From a virus: a stretch of 64,000 nt of DNA. The notes below the pieces were generated by a model. The model saw nothing but the letters and a program-made list of their open reading frames with translations, was not told the origin of the DNA and ran no database searches. The stretch lies in IMG/VR virus record IMGVR_UViG_3300048091_000425; one strand, given 5' to 3'. Numbering within the stretch: position 1 is the stretch's first letter; every line of letters begins with the position of its first letter. Positions 28,468 through 37,663 of this stretch are shown here, in pieces. Made by a program: the position numbers and the translations under genes.

Positions 28468-28496
28468 ATTGTATTACTCTAGGGATTCACTTGCAA
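28468..28496 (-). promoter_or_regulatory. CTAG-box sigma70 promoter, copy 6
   Basis: TTGCAA-gtgaatccctagagtaa-TACAAT. Confidence 0.8.
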
Positions 28497-28762
28497 CCAA
28501 ATAATGCCAACAATTTGAACATCTTTCTCGCGCTGAAGATGCGGCGGCGCTCGTCACGCCGGCCTGTAAATTCATCAGTGCGAAGATAGCCATGCTCGGC
28601 AGCAAGGCCTTCACCCCGTCTAATGTTCACCTCGTCGGCCATGCCCAAGTCGACCGCCTGCCAGCCCTTCTCCAGGTACGTGTACAGGCTATGGCGCTGG
28701 GCACCGGTTATGCCAGGAAGACGCGCTTCCACCTCAGTAGGCAACGCGTCAACAAGGCCCAA
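28487..28762 (-). CDS. hypothetical protein
   Basis: 91-aa ORF, start uncertain. Confidence 0.45.
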   Translation of the reverse strand: MGLVDALPTEVEARLPGITGAQRHSLYTYLEKGWQAVDLGMADEVNIRRGEGLAAEHGYLRTDEFTGRRDERRRIFSARKMFKLLALFGCK

Positions 28763-28764
28763 GG

Positions 28765-29370
28765 CTACATGGCAGATTCAGGAGAGATCGCCAATCCGCG
28801 AGCGGCACGCAAGCGGCTACGCTCTTCACGTAGACCAGCTTCGATATCGGCACGGCATTTTTTCAGGAAGTCCTGACCTGAAACCACGTAGACACTGTGG
28901 GGGGACGCCAGCCACATCAAGACCTGCTCCATGGTTTCGCAGTCATCCGCGCTCAGTTTCGGCGGCTTCACAGCGCCCGGCTCCATCATCACCGCTTCCA
29001 AACTGCGGACACCGCTGTTTGTGGTACTGCTCCGGCGATTTTCCAGCGCCCACTCGGCGATGTAGCCCTCTTCCTTGTCCCCAATCACGTCGCACATCAG
29101 GTCGGCTTTCTGCAAGAAGCCCAGGCCATTGTTTGTTCCCAACCAGCGCACCATACTGGCCGCGACCGTGGCATGACGCTGGGTCAGAATACCGTCGCCC
29201 GGCGAAACAACGTGCATCAGCATGCCGTTCGGGCCGTCGAAATCCGGGTGATAACCATTGTCTTGCGCCAGCAGCTCCTGCCAGTTCTTTAGAAACACCT
29301 GCTCACCCAGACAGCCTTCGCGGGCCGGTCTGACGGGGTCGTGCTGGAAAGCCTGGTTCGCTTTGCTCAT
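28765..29370 (-). CDS. phage-like hypothetical protein
   Basis: AASMVRWLGTNNGLGFL motif. Confidence 0.65.
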   Translation of the reverse strand: MSKANQAFQHDPVRPAREGCLGEQVFLKNWQELLAQDNGYHPDFDGPNGMLMHVVSPGDGILTQRHATVAASMVRWLGTNNGLGFLQKADLMCDVIGDKEEGYIAEWALENRRSSTTNSGVRSLEAVMMEPGAVKPPKLSADDCETMEQVLMWLASPHSVYVVSGQDFLKKCRADIEAGLREERSRLRAARGLAISPESAM

Positions 29371-29479
29371 TATTCAAATCCTGATGGTGGGGATATCCAT
29401 ACCCCATTAAGCGCGAATGACGATGCTGGATGCAAGCAGCCGGGCTGGCGCCGGAAGTGGCGACTTCTCTCTTGCCGCT

Positions 29480-29911
29480 CTACTCCTCGCTGTCTTCGTC
29501 ACTCGCCGGTGCGAGATCGTACTCAAGAGTGGCAACGGCGCCGGCATCCAGGGATCGCAAGCAGTCTTTGTCGTTTTCGCAGGGCTTCACGACAGGGAAC
29601 TCGCCGAGGAAGGCAGTGCCTTTGACCTCTTCAACCAAGATGCCGACGTCGTTTGGACAGGATTTGCGCTCAACCTCGACCTTGAAGGTATTTTCGCTTT
29701 CAGCTCGCACCAAAGCGCCGGTGAACGTGCACCGCCCCTTCATGTCGATCAAGCCTGCCTGGGAATTACCGCCGTGCAGGTTGTCGAGGCTGGTCATGGT
29801 CGAAACCTGGGTGGTTTCCGCCAGCGCCGGCTGTGCCAGGCACATCAGGCCAAAAGACATGACTGTGATGAGTGCTGCCGAGGTGCGCATTTTCATGAAA
29901 ATCCATTCCAT
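29480..29911 (-). CDS. secreted hypothetical protein with two Cys pairs
   Basis: Signal peptide ending AQPALA. Confidence 0.65.
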   Translation of the reverse strand: MEWIFMKMRTSAALITVMSFGLMCLAQPALAETTQVSTMTSLDNLHGGNSQAGLIDMKGRCTFTGALVRAESENTFKVEVERKSCPNDVGILVEEVKGTAFLGEFPVVKPCENDKDCLRSLDAGAVATLEYDLAPASDEDSEE

Positions 29912-29926
29912 AACTGTTGTGTCAGC

Positions 29927-29955
29927 AATGTATTACCCTAGGGGTTCAGTTGCAA
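29927..29955 (-). promoter_or_regulatory. CTAG-box sigma70 promoter, copy 7
   Basis: TTGCAA-ctgaacccctagggtaa-TACATT. Confidence 0.8.
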
Positions 29956-30038
29956 GCGGTTATGGCATTTTAATGCAATTATTTTTAGGCGGTTGGCTTG
30001 CGGGCACCTTCGGGCTCGGCTCAAAAACAAGTAACCCC

Positions 30039-30117
30039 CTGGTGCGCAGTGCCGGACAAATCCGACCCGAGGCGTGGGGGTTTTTAACAACAGTCCACTG
30101 GTGCGCAGCACCGGACA
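30039..30117 (+). repeat. pair of 20-nt direct repeats, each a small hairpin
   Basis: CTGGTGCGCAGTGCCGGACA (30039) and CTGGTGCGCAGCACCGGACA (30098). Confidence 0.7.
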
Positions 30118-30181
30118 TGGCCGGCCTGATGCGTGAGGATAGTGCACATTCGATGGTAAAGCGCGACCTGGTAGCCGTCAA

Positions 30182-30760
30182 TCACACCACTACCGCAAAG
30201 TCTTCGCAGGGAAAACGACCTTTCAACGCCTCAGCCAGAGCCAGGTTCTCCTCGGGCGAGTACTTGCTCGACCAGGTTATTTCGCTGGTCAGTAGCACCG
30301 GTTCCTTGATGCTGCGATAGATCTGGGTACTATCTTCACCTGGCTGAATTTTTTGCAACCATTCCGCAGGGATCTGTTCAAAGTGACGTGTCTGGCCGGC
30401 ACGTTTGTCCGCATTATGAGCCTTATTTTGGTCAAGGTATGGAGTCAGATGAACGTATGTTCTACATACCAAGACCAGCGAGCTCTCCTCGGTAATACCA
30501 AACGATTCAGCGAAATCGTGTGCTTCCTTGTGGTTCAGGGACGTAAAAAATCCGTAGTAGTCATTGTAATGGGCGCCTTTTTTTAAGATCTTCCCACCGT
30601 GGTGATACTCGATCTCGGTAGAAGACTCAGCCACCCATACGAATTGCTTGCTGAATTCGAATGCCTGGTTTTTACCGCCCACCAGCGAAAATTGCAGCAA
30701 ATCTTCGTCAGTGACTTTGTAGATAGGGCCCTTGGTCTGAATGGCCATGTTCTGTTGCAT
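30182..30760 (-). CDS. hypothetical protein
   Basis: 192-aa ORF. Confidence 0.65.
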   Translation of the reverse strand: MQQNMAIQTKGPIYKVTDEDLLQFSLVGGKNQAFEFSKQFVWVAESSTEIEYHHGGKILKKGAHYNDYYGFFTSLNHKEAHDFAESFGITEESSLVLVCRTYVHLTPYLDQNKAHNADKRAGQTRHFEQIPAEWLQKIQPGEDSTQIYRSIKEPVLLTSEITWSSKYSPEENLALAEALKGRFPCEDFAVVV

Positions 30761-30816
30761 GGTGCTGTCCTTCTTGTCTTGTGATGATGCCTTAGCCGGC
30801 GTGCAGCCTCAGTGTT

Positions 30817-31113
30817 TCAATCCCAGCCGTAGATGTACGCTGGCGCGTTCAGGGCTGCCACGTCCTGGCGCAGTGATGTTTCGAGCTTTTCAGTTTTTCC
30901 CTCGTCCACGTTAAACACATCCAGGGAATCGAGGTGCTTATCGCCTACCAACTGGACTTCATCGAGGGTGTAGTCTTCCCGTGGATAACCGAATTTCTCA
31001 CACAGAATTTCGATTGCCCCTTCCGGCGTGAACGCTGCAACGATGTCGTAATCACCGACCTGGTAAGCCTTCAGGGTTTGAGTGCTCGCTTCTGTCATTA
31101 TGATCTCCGGCAA
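30817..31113 (-). CDS. acidic hypothetical protein
   Basis: 98-aa ORF. Confidence 0.6.
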   Translation of the reverse strand: MPEIIMTEASTQTLKAYQVGDYDIVAAFTPEGAIEILCEKFGYPREDYTLDEVQLVGDKHLDSLDVFNVDEGKTEKLETSLRQDVAALNAPAYIYGWD

Positions 31114-31118
31114 TTAAG

Positions 31119-31652
31119 TCAGTTCAGCGTTGGATTTGGCGCCGGCGCCAGCGAGGCGATGGCGGCTTTGAAGTTGATGTGAACCTCGCTGAAAGCCGCA
31201 GAGTGCGAAAACACCCATTCGTACATCTCGTCTTTTGGCTTTTCTTTCAGGTCGTACGGGGCTTGCAACCGCATCATCTCGCCTCGTCGCATTTCCAGCC
31301 ACTGACGGAACGTCTCAAGGTTGTGCACGCCGGCGTGTATATGAAACCCATCCAGCGGCCCACTGGCCAGCAACTCGGCCACCGAGTACAGGTTGGCGGC
31401 CTTGAGGCGCTCGTCCAGGCCCAGCTTGTCTTCGTTCGCGCTCAGGCGCTGGATCACCGAAGAACCCACGTCCGTGAACTCGTAGCGTGAGAAACCCGTC
31501 GAGCGAATCATGCCAGCACGCGCCAGCGACGTCATACGCTCGGCGGGAACGTCATACCCCTGCCCGTCTTCCGAGGTCTCATGAAAGCGCTGGAGATCTT
31601 TCACCTGCCGCTCGGTGAGCGTGACTGTCAATTCAATGGTTTTATCGGTCAT
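31119..31652 (-). CDS. hypothetical protein with winged-helix-like N-terminus
   Basis: MTDKTIEL... start at 31652 preferred. Confidence 0.55.
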   Translation of the reverse strand: MTDKTIELTVTLTERQVKDLQRFHETSEDGQGYDVPAERMTSLARAGMIRSTGFSRYEFTDVGSSVIQRLSANEDKLGLDERLKAANLYSVAELLASGPLDGFHIHAGVHNLETFRQWLEMRRGEMMRLQAPYDLKEKPKDEMYEWVFSHSAAFSEVHINFKAAIASLAPAPNPTLN

Positions 31653-31665
31653 CTGTTCGTCCCTG

Positions 31666-31917
31666 TCAGCAGAAAAAGTTGAGCAACTCAGCCCGGTCGG
31701 CCAGTTCTTTCTCACGTCCGGCCTCAAAGGCCTCAGTCCAGGCTGCCGGTGCTGGCGCCTGGGCGGCTTCGCCACGGTACCCCCTAACCCAGGCTGACTC
31801 AAGGTCACCTTTGCCGATATACGGATTTGCAGCGAGCCTTCCGGCGATGCAGGTGCATGGCACTGGAAGGTCGCTGGCGACGTACGCACAGTTCGGCTCA
31901 TGCTGGGTCTCGATCAT
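31666..31917 (-). CDS. small protein with an Rmf-like NPY...W..GY segment
   Basis: NPYIGKGDLESAWVRGY. Confidence 0.45.
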   Translation of the reverse strand: MIETQHEPNCAYVASDLPVPCTCIAGRLAANPYIGKGDLESAWVRGYRGEAAQAPAPAAWTEAFEAGREKELADRAELLNFFC

Positions 31918-32336
31918 GACTCACCTTCATCGGTTTGAGGGGCAGCGCCGATAAGGCTGCCATCCGCACGACGGAGTACCGTTCGGTCATCAGAGCGCTC
32001 GACTGACCAGACTTCAACCGACAAGCTTTCAGGCAGCAACACCTGCACCAATACCGATTTTGTTTCTGGTGTAACGAACGTACACAGCGGTTTGCCTACA
32101 GCCGGATCCACATCACCAAAAAAGGTGGTTACCGGTGGGCAGATTTCATTTCCGACTACCATCGCAGGTTTACCGCCGATCATGAACTTGGTGTAAGGCC
32201 AGAACACGATAGTCATTCGCTCTGTATCCGGCGACAATTTTGCGAACTCAGTGCCAACCCTTACAGCCATATCCTTTGCTATATCGCAACCTGACAGGCT
32301 GAGCGCCGCCAGCAACACCAGTGTCATGCGCTTCAT
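31914..32336 (-). CDS. lipoprotein
   Basis: Lipobox LSGC after MKR plus hydrophobic stretch. Confidence 0.7.
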   Translation of the reverse strand: MKRMTLVLLAALSLSGCDIAKDMAVRVGTEFAKLSPDTERMTIVFWPYTKFMIGGKPAMVVGNEICPPVTTFFGDVDPAVGKPLCTFVTPETKSVLVQVLLPESLSVEVWSVERSDDRTVLRRADGSLIGAAPQTDEGES

Positions 32337-32563
32337 TGTTTATCGTCCGTGGTGATGATCTTGGGTGACTCTTCTTGCGTAACGCGGCCTGTACCAACCT
32401 TCCAGCCCCTGATGTATGCCCGGCGCAGGTTATCGTCCTTTGGCCACGGACAGGCATGCCGGCAAGCCGTGATCGACATGTCACCTTGCGCCCGTCCCTC
32501 TTTGCCAACCGAGAGACCTTTTTCGAACGCAGCTTCCGGCGTGATTTCCATTGGCTTTTCCAT
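32333..32563 (-). CDS. ribosome modulation factor (Rmf/CrpP)-like protein
   Basis: AFEKG...G.EG...CPW......R.AYIRGWK.G matches the Rmf pattern. Confidence 0.55.
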   Translation of the reverse strand: MEKPMEITPEAAFEKGLSVGKEGRAQGDMSITACRHACPWPKDDNLRRAYIRGWKVGTGRVTQEESPKIITTDDKQ

Positions 32564-32592
32564 ATCAGAGCAGGCCCTGTGGGCAGTACCGA

Positions 32593-32955
32593 TTATACCG
32601 GCAGATAACAGGCTACCAGCGGCATACACAACCGAATGGTCGTCACCCGGTGCAACTGGGTTGGCGCATCAACGAATTTCGACAGGAACCCCAACCAAGA
32701 GCTTACAAGCCGAAACGAAGGCTCTGTATCCGCTTCGAATTCAACTTTTGCAGCTTCAAACTGCGCTTCAGCGCGAACAAACACACGAGTGAGTTCGCAT
32801 GCCTTCGCGATAAGACGGATGGTGTCGGCCTGGGCAACAAGCGCAGCATGGATATCTTCGTTCGACTCAGCATCTTCCATGCCGAGGAACACCTGTTCTG
32901 CCATGGCGTCGATGTCGATACCTGCGGGGTCAATACTCGTCATTGTTTCACTCAC
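32593..32955 (-). CDS. hypothetical protein
   Basis: 120-aa ORF. Confidence 0.6.
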   Translation of the reverse strand: MSETMTSIDPAGIDIDAMAEQVFLGMEDAESNEDIHAALVAQADTIRLIAKACELTRVFVRAEAQFEAAKVEFEADTEPSFRLVSSWLGFLSKFVDAPTQLHRVTTIRLCMPLVACYLPV

Positions 32956-33615
32956 TTATCGATAACCCTGGCTCATGATTTTGGCGCCCCAGAGCGCCCG
33001 CTCCGGCAAACCTTTGGCGACAGGCTCATTCACCCCTACCACCCAAAAACCGTCTTGAAAGAAGGTCGTGGGCGTCATCGACTCGTGAACATCAAAAACG
33101 AACTGAATTTGCGCCTCGAAGTTTTTCAATTCCTGGTCACTGCAAGACGACGCCTTCACAGCCTTGCCATTCACAACGTCATCGAACGCTTGTTTCGGGT
33201 TGCTGCCGCACCAGATGTTCCGATAAGTGACCCAGGCCGGATCATTCCTATCTCCCGCAGGAGTCGCCACGTAGCGCACCTCGATGCCTTTGGCATTGAA
33301 CTCGGGAACATGCTTGTGCATTTCACGGGTGGCCTGGCAGCTCGGGTCGGCCAGCATGTAGACATGCGCCTGGGGATTCGCTGGGCTGAAGGAGATGTAT
33401 TTGTCCGGTGCCAGCTTATCCATCGCATCGCGCACAAAGCGCAGCTGCTGGGCTGGTTTGGGCACCGGTGGCGAGGTGATTTCGGAAAGGAAGCCGCCGA
33501 AACTCTTGGCCGCATCACCGAGACCACCTTCAGCATGAGCGAGGGGTGCAGTGAGGGTCAGCATTGCGACAAGACCGATGCCAGAAAAGCCGAACGAAGT
33601 TCTTTTAGTAACCAT
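32956..33615 (-). CDS. DsbC-like periplasmic thioredoxin-fold protein with a degenerate CxxT site
   Basis: Signal peptide; ADPSCQAT, IEVRY, IWCGSNP...C, MTPT cis-Pro loop. Confidence 0.75.
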   Translation of the reverse strand: MVTKRTSFGFSGIGLVAMLTLTAPLAHAEGGLGDAAKSFGGFLSEITSPPVPKPAQQLRFVRDAMDKLAPDKYISFSPANPQAHVYMLADPSCQATREMHKHVPEFNAKGIEVRYVATPAGDRNDPAWVTYRNIWCGSNPKQAFDDVVNGKAVKASSCSDQELKNFEAQIQFVFDVHESMTPTTFFQDGFWVVGVNEPVAKGLPERALWGAKIMSQGYR

Positions 33616-34010
33616 TATTTGACCTGTTTTTCATGATCAATTTCAGACGGACGCAAGTCGAACGCGTTGAGCGTCTCAGAACACGTCATTTTGGTGCCAG
33701 ACAAAGCGCCAGGCTCATCACCGCGCATGGCACCCTTCTCAGTCATCATCCACGGAACGCTGCCAGCCTCAGAAAATTTGGAGAAAGCCATGCCCTGCTT
33801 GTCGCAGAAAACATAAATTGGGTTCGATGGCGCCAGGCTGAAGAACATCTGCACCATCAGCAAACAAACGACGAAAACCCAGAATGGCACTCCGGTTCCC
33901 AGAAAGTTGTCACCAACCAGGTTGTACCGAATCTGGTAGATCCACCGGTTACGGCGGAGGATTTCAGCCTTCCTGACTGCGAACGACTTGAACGTGCTCT
34001 GACTGCTCAT
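33615..34010 (-). CDS. single-TM protein
   Basis: One hydrophobic helix, coupled to the next gene. Confidence 0.55.
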   Translation of the reverse strand: MSSQSTFKSFAVRKAEILRRNRWIYQIRYNLVGDNFLGTGVPFWVFVVCLLMVQMFFSLAPSNPIYVFCDKQGMAFSKFSEAGSVPWMMTEKGAMRGDEPGALSGTKMTCSETLNAFDLRPSEIDHEKQVK

Positions 34011-34013
34011 GCA

Positions 34014-34331
34014 TCAAGCCTCTGGCCGAGTTGATTTATCCAGCTTGAATTTGTCCCGAACAGTCTCAGCCATGGCTTCCAACCACTGAGCGACGGTTTC
34101 GGCCCCTTCAGCGTCTACAGCTTCTTCCAGAAAGATCGCTTCAGCATCTACTGTTAAGAGCCCAAAGCTCTTGTCGTCGATCCGCCCGCTTTCTTGGGCG
34201 GCAAGGAGAGGAAGAACATTGATGAAAAAACTCGGTTTATCGCCGGCATCGACTGCTTCCTGCTGAGGCACTGAGTAACTGAGGGCGACCAGCTCGCCAG
34301 CGTTTGTCCGCTCGGTGCATTGAGTCAGCAT
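34014..34331 (-). CDS. hypothetical protein
   Basis: 105-aa ORF. Confidence 0.55.
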   Translation of the reverse strand: MLTQCTERTNAGELVALSYSVPQQEAVDAGDKPSFFINVLPLLAAQESGRIDDKSFGLLTVDAEAIFLEEAVDAEGAETVAQWLEAMAETVRDKFKLDKSTRPEA

Positions 34332-34765
34332 TTTTTAAAACTCTCGATGTACGCAATCACCGAGTCTTCGGTGGGTTGAGCCAGGCCATGATACGAGAAG
34401 AAATGGAACTCTTCTTCGTCTTCATCCCACTGGGCCAGCTGAGCAGCATCGAACGACCAACGCTGGCCATCGTGCGAAAAATCAGTCCAGCCTTCAGCCA
34501 GTTTTTCAGCGTCCACGACATCTTCCTGGACTTGAATCGGCTCGGTGGTAGGTAGTGGGTCTGGATTAAGCCGCTTCATCTCTGCGGCAACCAGTTCGCC
34601 GGCCTCCACAGCCCAGTCGACCCATTCCTTGCGCTGCCAGTAGCAAGGTTCATCCTCCCCAGGGAGGCGAACTTCGTGTTGTTTACCGCGATTGACCGAA
34701 CGAGCGACACTGATCAGATCGAGCAGCGCTTCGCGGGGGATTTTGACCAAGGTGTCGTCGCTCAC
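34325..34765 (-). CDS. phage-like hypothetical protein
   Basis: 146 aa, EPCYWQRKEW motif. Confidence 0.6.
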   Translation of the reverse strand: MSDDTLVKIPREALLDLISVARSVNRGKQHEVRLPGEDEPCYWQRKEWVDWAVEAGELVAAEMKRLNPDPLPTTEPIQVQEDVVDAEKLAEGWTDFSHDGQRWSFDAAQLAQWDEDEEEFHFFSYHGLAQPTEDSVIAYIESFKKC

Positions 34766-35139
34766 AGTGAATTCCTTTTTGAAGGCCTTAAAGCCCCCGG
34801 CGCACCAGGGGCGATCCGATTAAGCCGCTCGAGCTTGCTTCATGAACTCGTCGCGTCGCATGCGAAACTCAGCAGCGATCTTGAGTTGGCGTTTTTCCCC
34901 GCTGATGCGGTAGCCGATGGCCTGGTGATTCAGGTTCCGTGCACGTTGGACGCATTCTTCTTTGCTCATCTGGCAAGCCCTCCAAGGCCTTTGGTGTCAC
35001 AGATTGCTTTGGGGCCTCTTCGGCACCTTGAAATCATCAACTCACGCCAACCGCATAAAGCAGTCGGCCAAACCCTTATGTACTGTAACTCCGTACAGGA
35101 TAATGGTGGTTTAGAAAGAGTGCAATGAATCTCTAGCGT

Positions 35140-35538
35140 TTATTTATCCATCCAGGTCGCCGGGTACGACCCGCTGGTTGTCTTGCCGTGTTCGTTGGCG
35201 TAGTGCAGATGCACCGCTTTGCTTCGCCAGGTGAAGCCGCGCTCGTCGATCACACTTGGCAATTCATGGGCAACCATTTCACGCAGATTGCCGTCATCGT
35301 CGAAGAGGAATTCGTGCATCCGTCGACTTTCCATCTGCCATGGAAGCTTCGGATCGGTGACATCATAACGGTACGAGCGGTGGGCGTCGAAATTGCGCAT
35401 GACAAAATTGCCATTGTTGTCGAACAGAGCATTTACGTGGCGGCGAACCTCCAGGCGCACTTTGGCGACAAAATTATCGTCTTCGATGTGGCGAAAATTC
35501 TTTTCCAGCTCGATTATTTCTTCGTATGTTAGGTTCAT
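35140..35538 (-). CDS. hypothetical protein
   Basis: 132-aa ORF. Confidence 0.6.
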   Translation of the reverse strand: MNLTYEEIIELEKNFRHIEDDNFVAKVRLEVRRHVNALFDNNGNFVMRNFDAHRSYRYDVTDPKLPWQMESRRMHEFLFDDDGNLREMVAHELPSVIDERGFTWRSKAVHLHYANEHGKTTSGSYPATWMDK

Positions 35539-35652
35539 GGTGCCAGTCCAGTTGAACAGTTTAAGGATTTTCTGCGGCGGAAGGATCCGCCGCTCAATCG
35601 GTCAGCAAATACCCGGTCAGAACCAGGCATAACCGGTCGGTAATACAGCGGT

Positions 35653-36222
35653 TTAATACATAATACGAATCTTATCGTTTTTGTATTCACCGACCAGGTC
35701 GTAAATAACTTCAAATATCTCTTCAGTCCATGCCAATTCGAAATCCTGTTGGTGGCTGCGAAGATATTGGCGATGTAATGCAATACGGCTCTGGTCATCA
35801 ATTTCCGAGAGATTATCTATGTATTGCCTAACAAATTCATAGTCCTGCACCTGCTTACGACTAGGTTTTCCGGTGGCTTTTTTGATTTTTTCGTGGATGG
35901 CAGAGATCACCAGTTTTTTACTACCGCCAACCGATTTGAATTTGGCAAAAACCCTCCAAACGTGCCAGAAATTCTGGTAGAGAGGTCGTTTGACTTCCCC
36001 AGCTGGATCGTTTCGGTACTCGGAATACCAAATTTGTGAAGATCCAATCGCCTTCCCTTCTGGATCTTTTCCACGATAACCTTTTCTTCTAGCCCACCTA
36101 TCAAAATGTGAGCCAGAATTATTAAAATCGTGAATACTTTTCCCTGTTCTAGCTGCAACTTCTTTCAGCAAGTCACTGAAAACAATGACCGGTTCACCTT
36201 TAACTATTTTGACCAATGACAT
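35653..36222 (-). CDS. hypothetical protein (visibly AT-rich gene)
   Basis: 189-aa ORF. Confidence 0.6.
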   Translation of the reverse strand: MSLVKIVKGEPVIVFSDLLKEVAARTGKSIHDFNNSGSHFDRWARRKGYRGKDPEGKAIGSSQIWYSEYRNDPAGEVKRPLYQNFWHVWRVFAKFKSVGGSKKLVISAIHEKIKKATGKPSRKQVQDYEFVRQYIDNLSEIDDQSRIALHRQYLRSHQQDFELAWTEEIFEVIYDLVGEYKNDKIRIMY

Positions 36223-36281
36223 GAACTGAAACCTTTATAGAAAAGTTATTACGTCAGTGATTGAGTTTTAAGATATCAGGC

Positions 36282-36860
36282 CTAGCTAATCCAGCGCTCG
36301 AAGCTCTCAGCCTGGGTGCGAAAGCAATACCAGCCATTGCCGGTATCGTTAAGTCCCCAGAACGCGCCAGCGGCCTTTACAGCTTCAACGTCGTCACGCG
36401 GTACGCTGAGTAGCAGGCGATCTTCTTCGCCGGCTGCAGTGATCAGCGGGGACGTCAGCCACTGCAAGAACGGCCCGCCCTCCTCGGCCTCAGCTGGTGT
36501 GCAACCCCAGTGCTTGAAGATTGGTAACCACTCCGCGCCAGCGGCTTTAGCTTCGCCCCTGCCTTCAAACGGAACCTTGAGGATCACCCATGTCTGGTCG
36601 AACAACAGGACGGGCGCTGGCGACGGATCAACAAGCTTCAGACCTTTGATGGCTTTGTCGGTGAGCTGGCGCAAACCACGCTGCCCGTCGTGCAGGCAGT
36701 GGGTGTAGAGGCCCGCCGAACCGAATGAGCAGTAACAATCGCGCTCCGTCAGGCTGCGCAGTTGCCAGCCTGATTTGATCAGGCTCTTTGCCTGGGTACT
36801 GCTCACCTTGTCGCTGTTGAGCAAGTCCTTGATGTGCAGAGGGTGTTCGAGTGAATCCAT
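36282..36860 (-). CDS. protein with two DUF5710-like modules
   Basis: ILKVPFEGRGEAKAAGAEW and LLSVPRDDVEAVKAAGAFW. Confidence 0.6.
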   Translation of the reverse strand: MDSLEHPLHIKDLLNSDKVSSTQAKSLIKSGWQLRSLTERDCYCSFGSAGLYTHCLHDGQRGLRQLTDKAIKGLKLVDPSPAPVLLFDQTWVILKVPFEGRGEAKAAGAEWLPIFKHWGCTPAEAEEGGPFLQWLTSPLITAAGEEDRLLLSVPRDDVEAVKAAGAFWGLNDTGNGWYCFRTQAESFERWIS

Positions 36861-36877
36861 TCCAAACTCCTATACCG

Positions 36878-37222
36878 CTAATCAATGAGTGCCTGAATGC
36901 GTGCCAGGACATCGTTAACCACCTCGATAGGTAACAACCCATCGAAAACAGCGTCCCTGGCCACAAGGTCAACAGTGAAGACCTGATTGCACAGAACAAC
37001 AGCCTGCGAACTCGTGCCGAAGTACTCGCTGATAGGGACTGCAAAGCCTGCATGCCTTGCGAAGTCGCCACCCAGGGAGATCGGAGCCACAAGCGCGAGT
37101 CCGCTGGCGTTGTACAGCGCAGGTGTAAGAACAAGCGCAGGCCGGGACTCGAGGTATTCATCACCGGCAGCACTCATCATGACCATGATGATGTCGCCTC
37201 GGGCGAATTTGGCTCCGCTCAT
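36878..37222 (-). CDS. mazF: MazF/PemK/ChpB endoribonuclease toxin
   Basis: RGDI..V...AG.E...RPALVLTP..YN...GGDFARHAGFAV...CNQ..T.D..AR. Confidence 0.9.
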   Translation of the reverse strand: MSGAKFARGDIIMVMMSAAGDEYLESRPALVLTPALYNASGLALVAPISLGGDFARHAGFAVPISEYFGTSSQAVVLCNQVFTVDLVARDAVFDGLLPIEVVNDVLARIQALID

Positions 37223-37473
37223 ACTTCACGACCTTGAGGTACCATTGTCTTCCAGGCGGCGAGATCTGCAGGTTCTGGAGCAGTCAGATCACATTGAGCC
37301 ACGAGGTCGGCCAGACGATAATGTGGCCTGACGTTAAGCGGCTTGAGCGTCATCGCCTCGGCAGACACATCGAGCGACAGAAGATCGCCACTGACCAAGC
37401 CCATTTGCTTGAGCACCGTCGCCGGCAATCGAATGCCGACGCTATTGCCCCACTGCTGAATTTTCACTTGCAT
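37219..37473 (-). CDS. mazE: AbrB/MazE/ChpS antitoxin
   Basis: MQVKIQQWGNSVGIRLPA...YRLADLVAQCD; 4-nt overlap with the toxin gene. Confidence 0.9.
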   Translation of the reverse strand: MQVKIQQWGNSVGIRLPATVLKQMGLVSGDLLSLDVSAEAMTLKPLNVRPHYRLADLVAQCDLTAPEPADLAAWKTMVPQGREV

Positions 37474-37531
37474 AACCACCTCCTGCTGAGAGTCGAGAAT
37501 AGCCCCAAGCCAGCAAGATCCGCAAGCATTT

Positions 37532-37552
37532 TGTATATACATTGTTTATACA
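37532..37552. promoter_or_regulatory. putative mazEF operator
   Basis: Palindrome TGTATATACA and TGTATA...TATACA inverted repeat upstream of mazE. Confidence 0.55.
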
Positions 37553-37663
37553 TTTGTTTGAAGGGCTGAGGCCTGGCGTGCAGAGGCATTGATCAGAAAA
37601 AAGATCGCCCATTCCGCGCCAGCGGCTACCGCTTTGCTCCCGCCCTAAGGCCGGCCTCAAAGA

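Noticed and set aside
28273-28482. Plus-strand 69-aa ORF in the track
   Set aside because: It is the antisense shadow of a 57-aa 2-TM ORF (28251-28424, minus) that sits properly behind promoter copy 6.
35124-35145. CTCTAGCGTT core identical to promoter copies 8 and 9
   Set aside because: The -35 and -10 positions do not match in either orientation; at most a degenerate site, so not counted.
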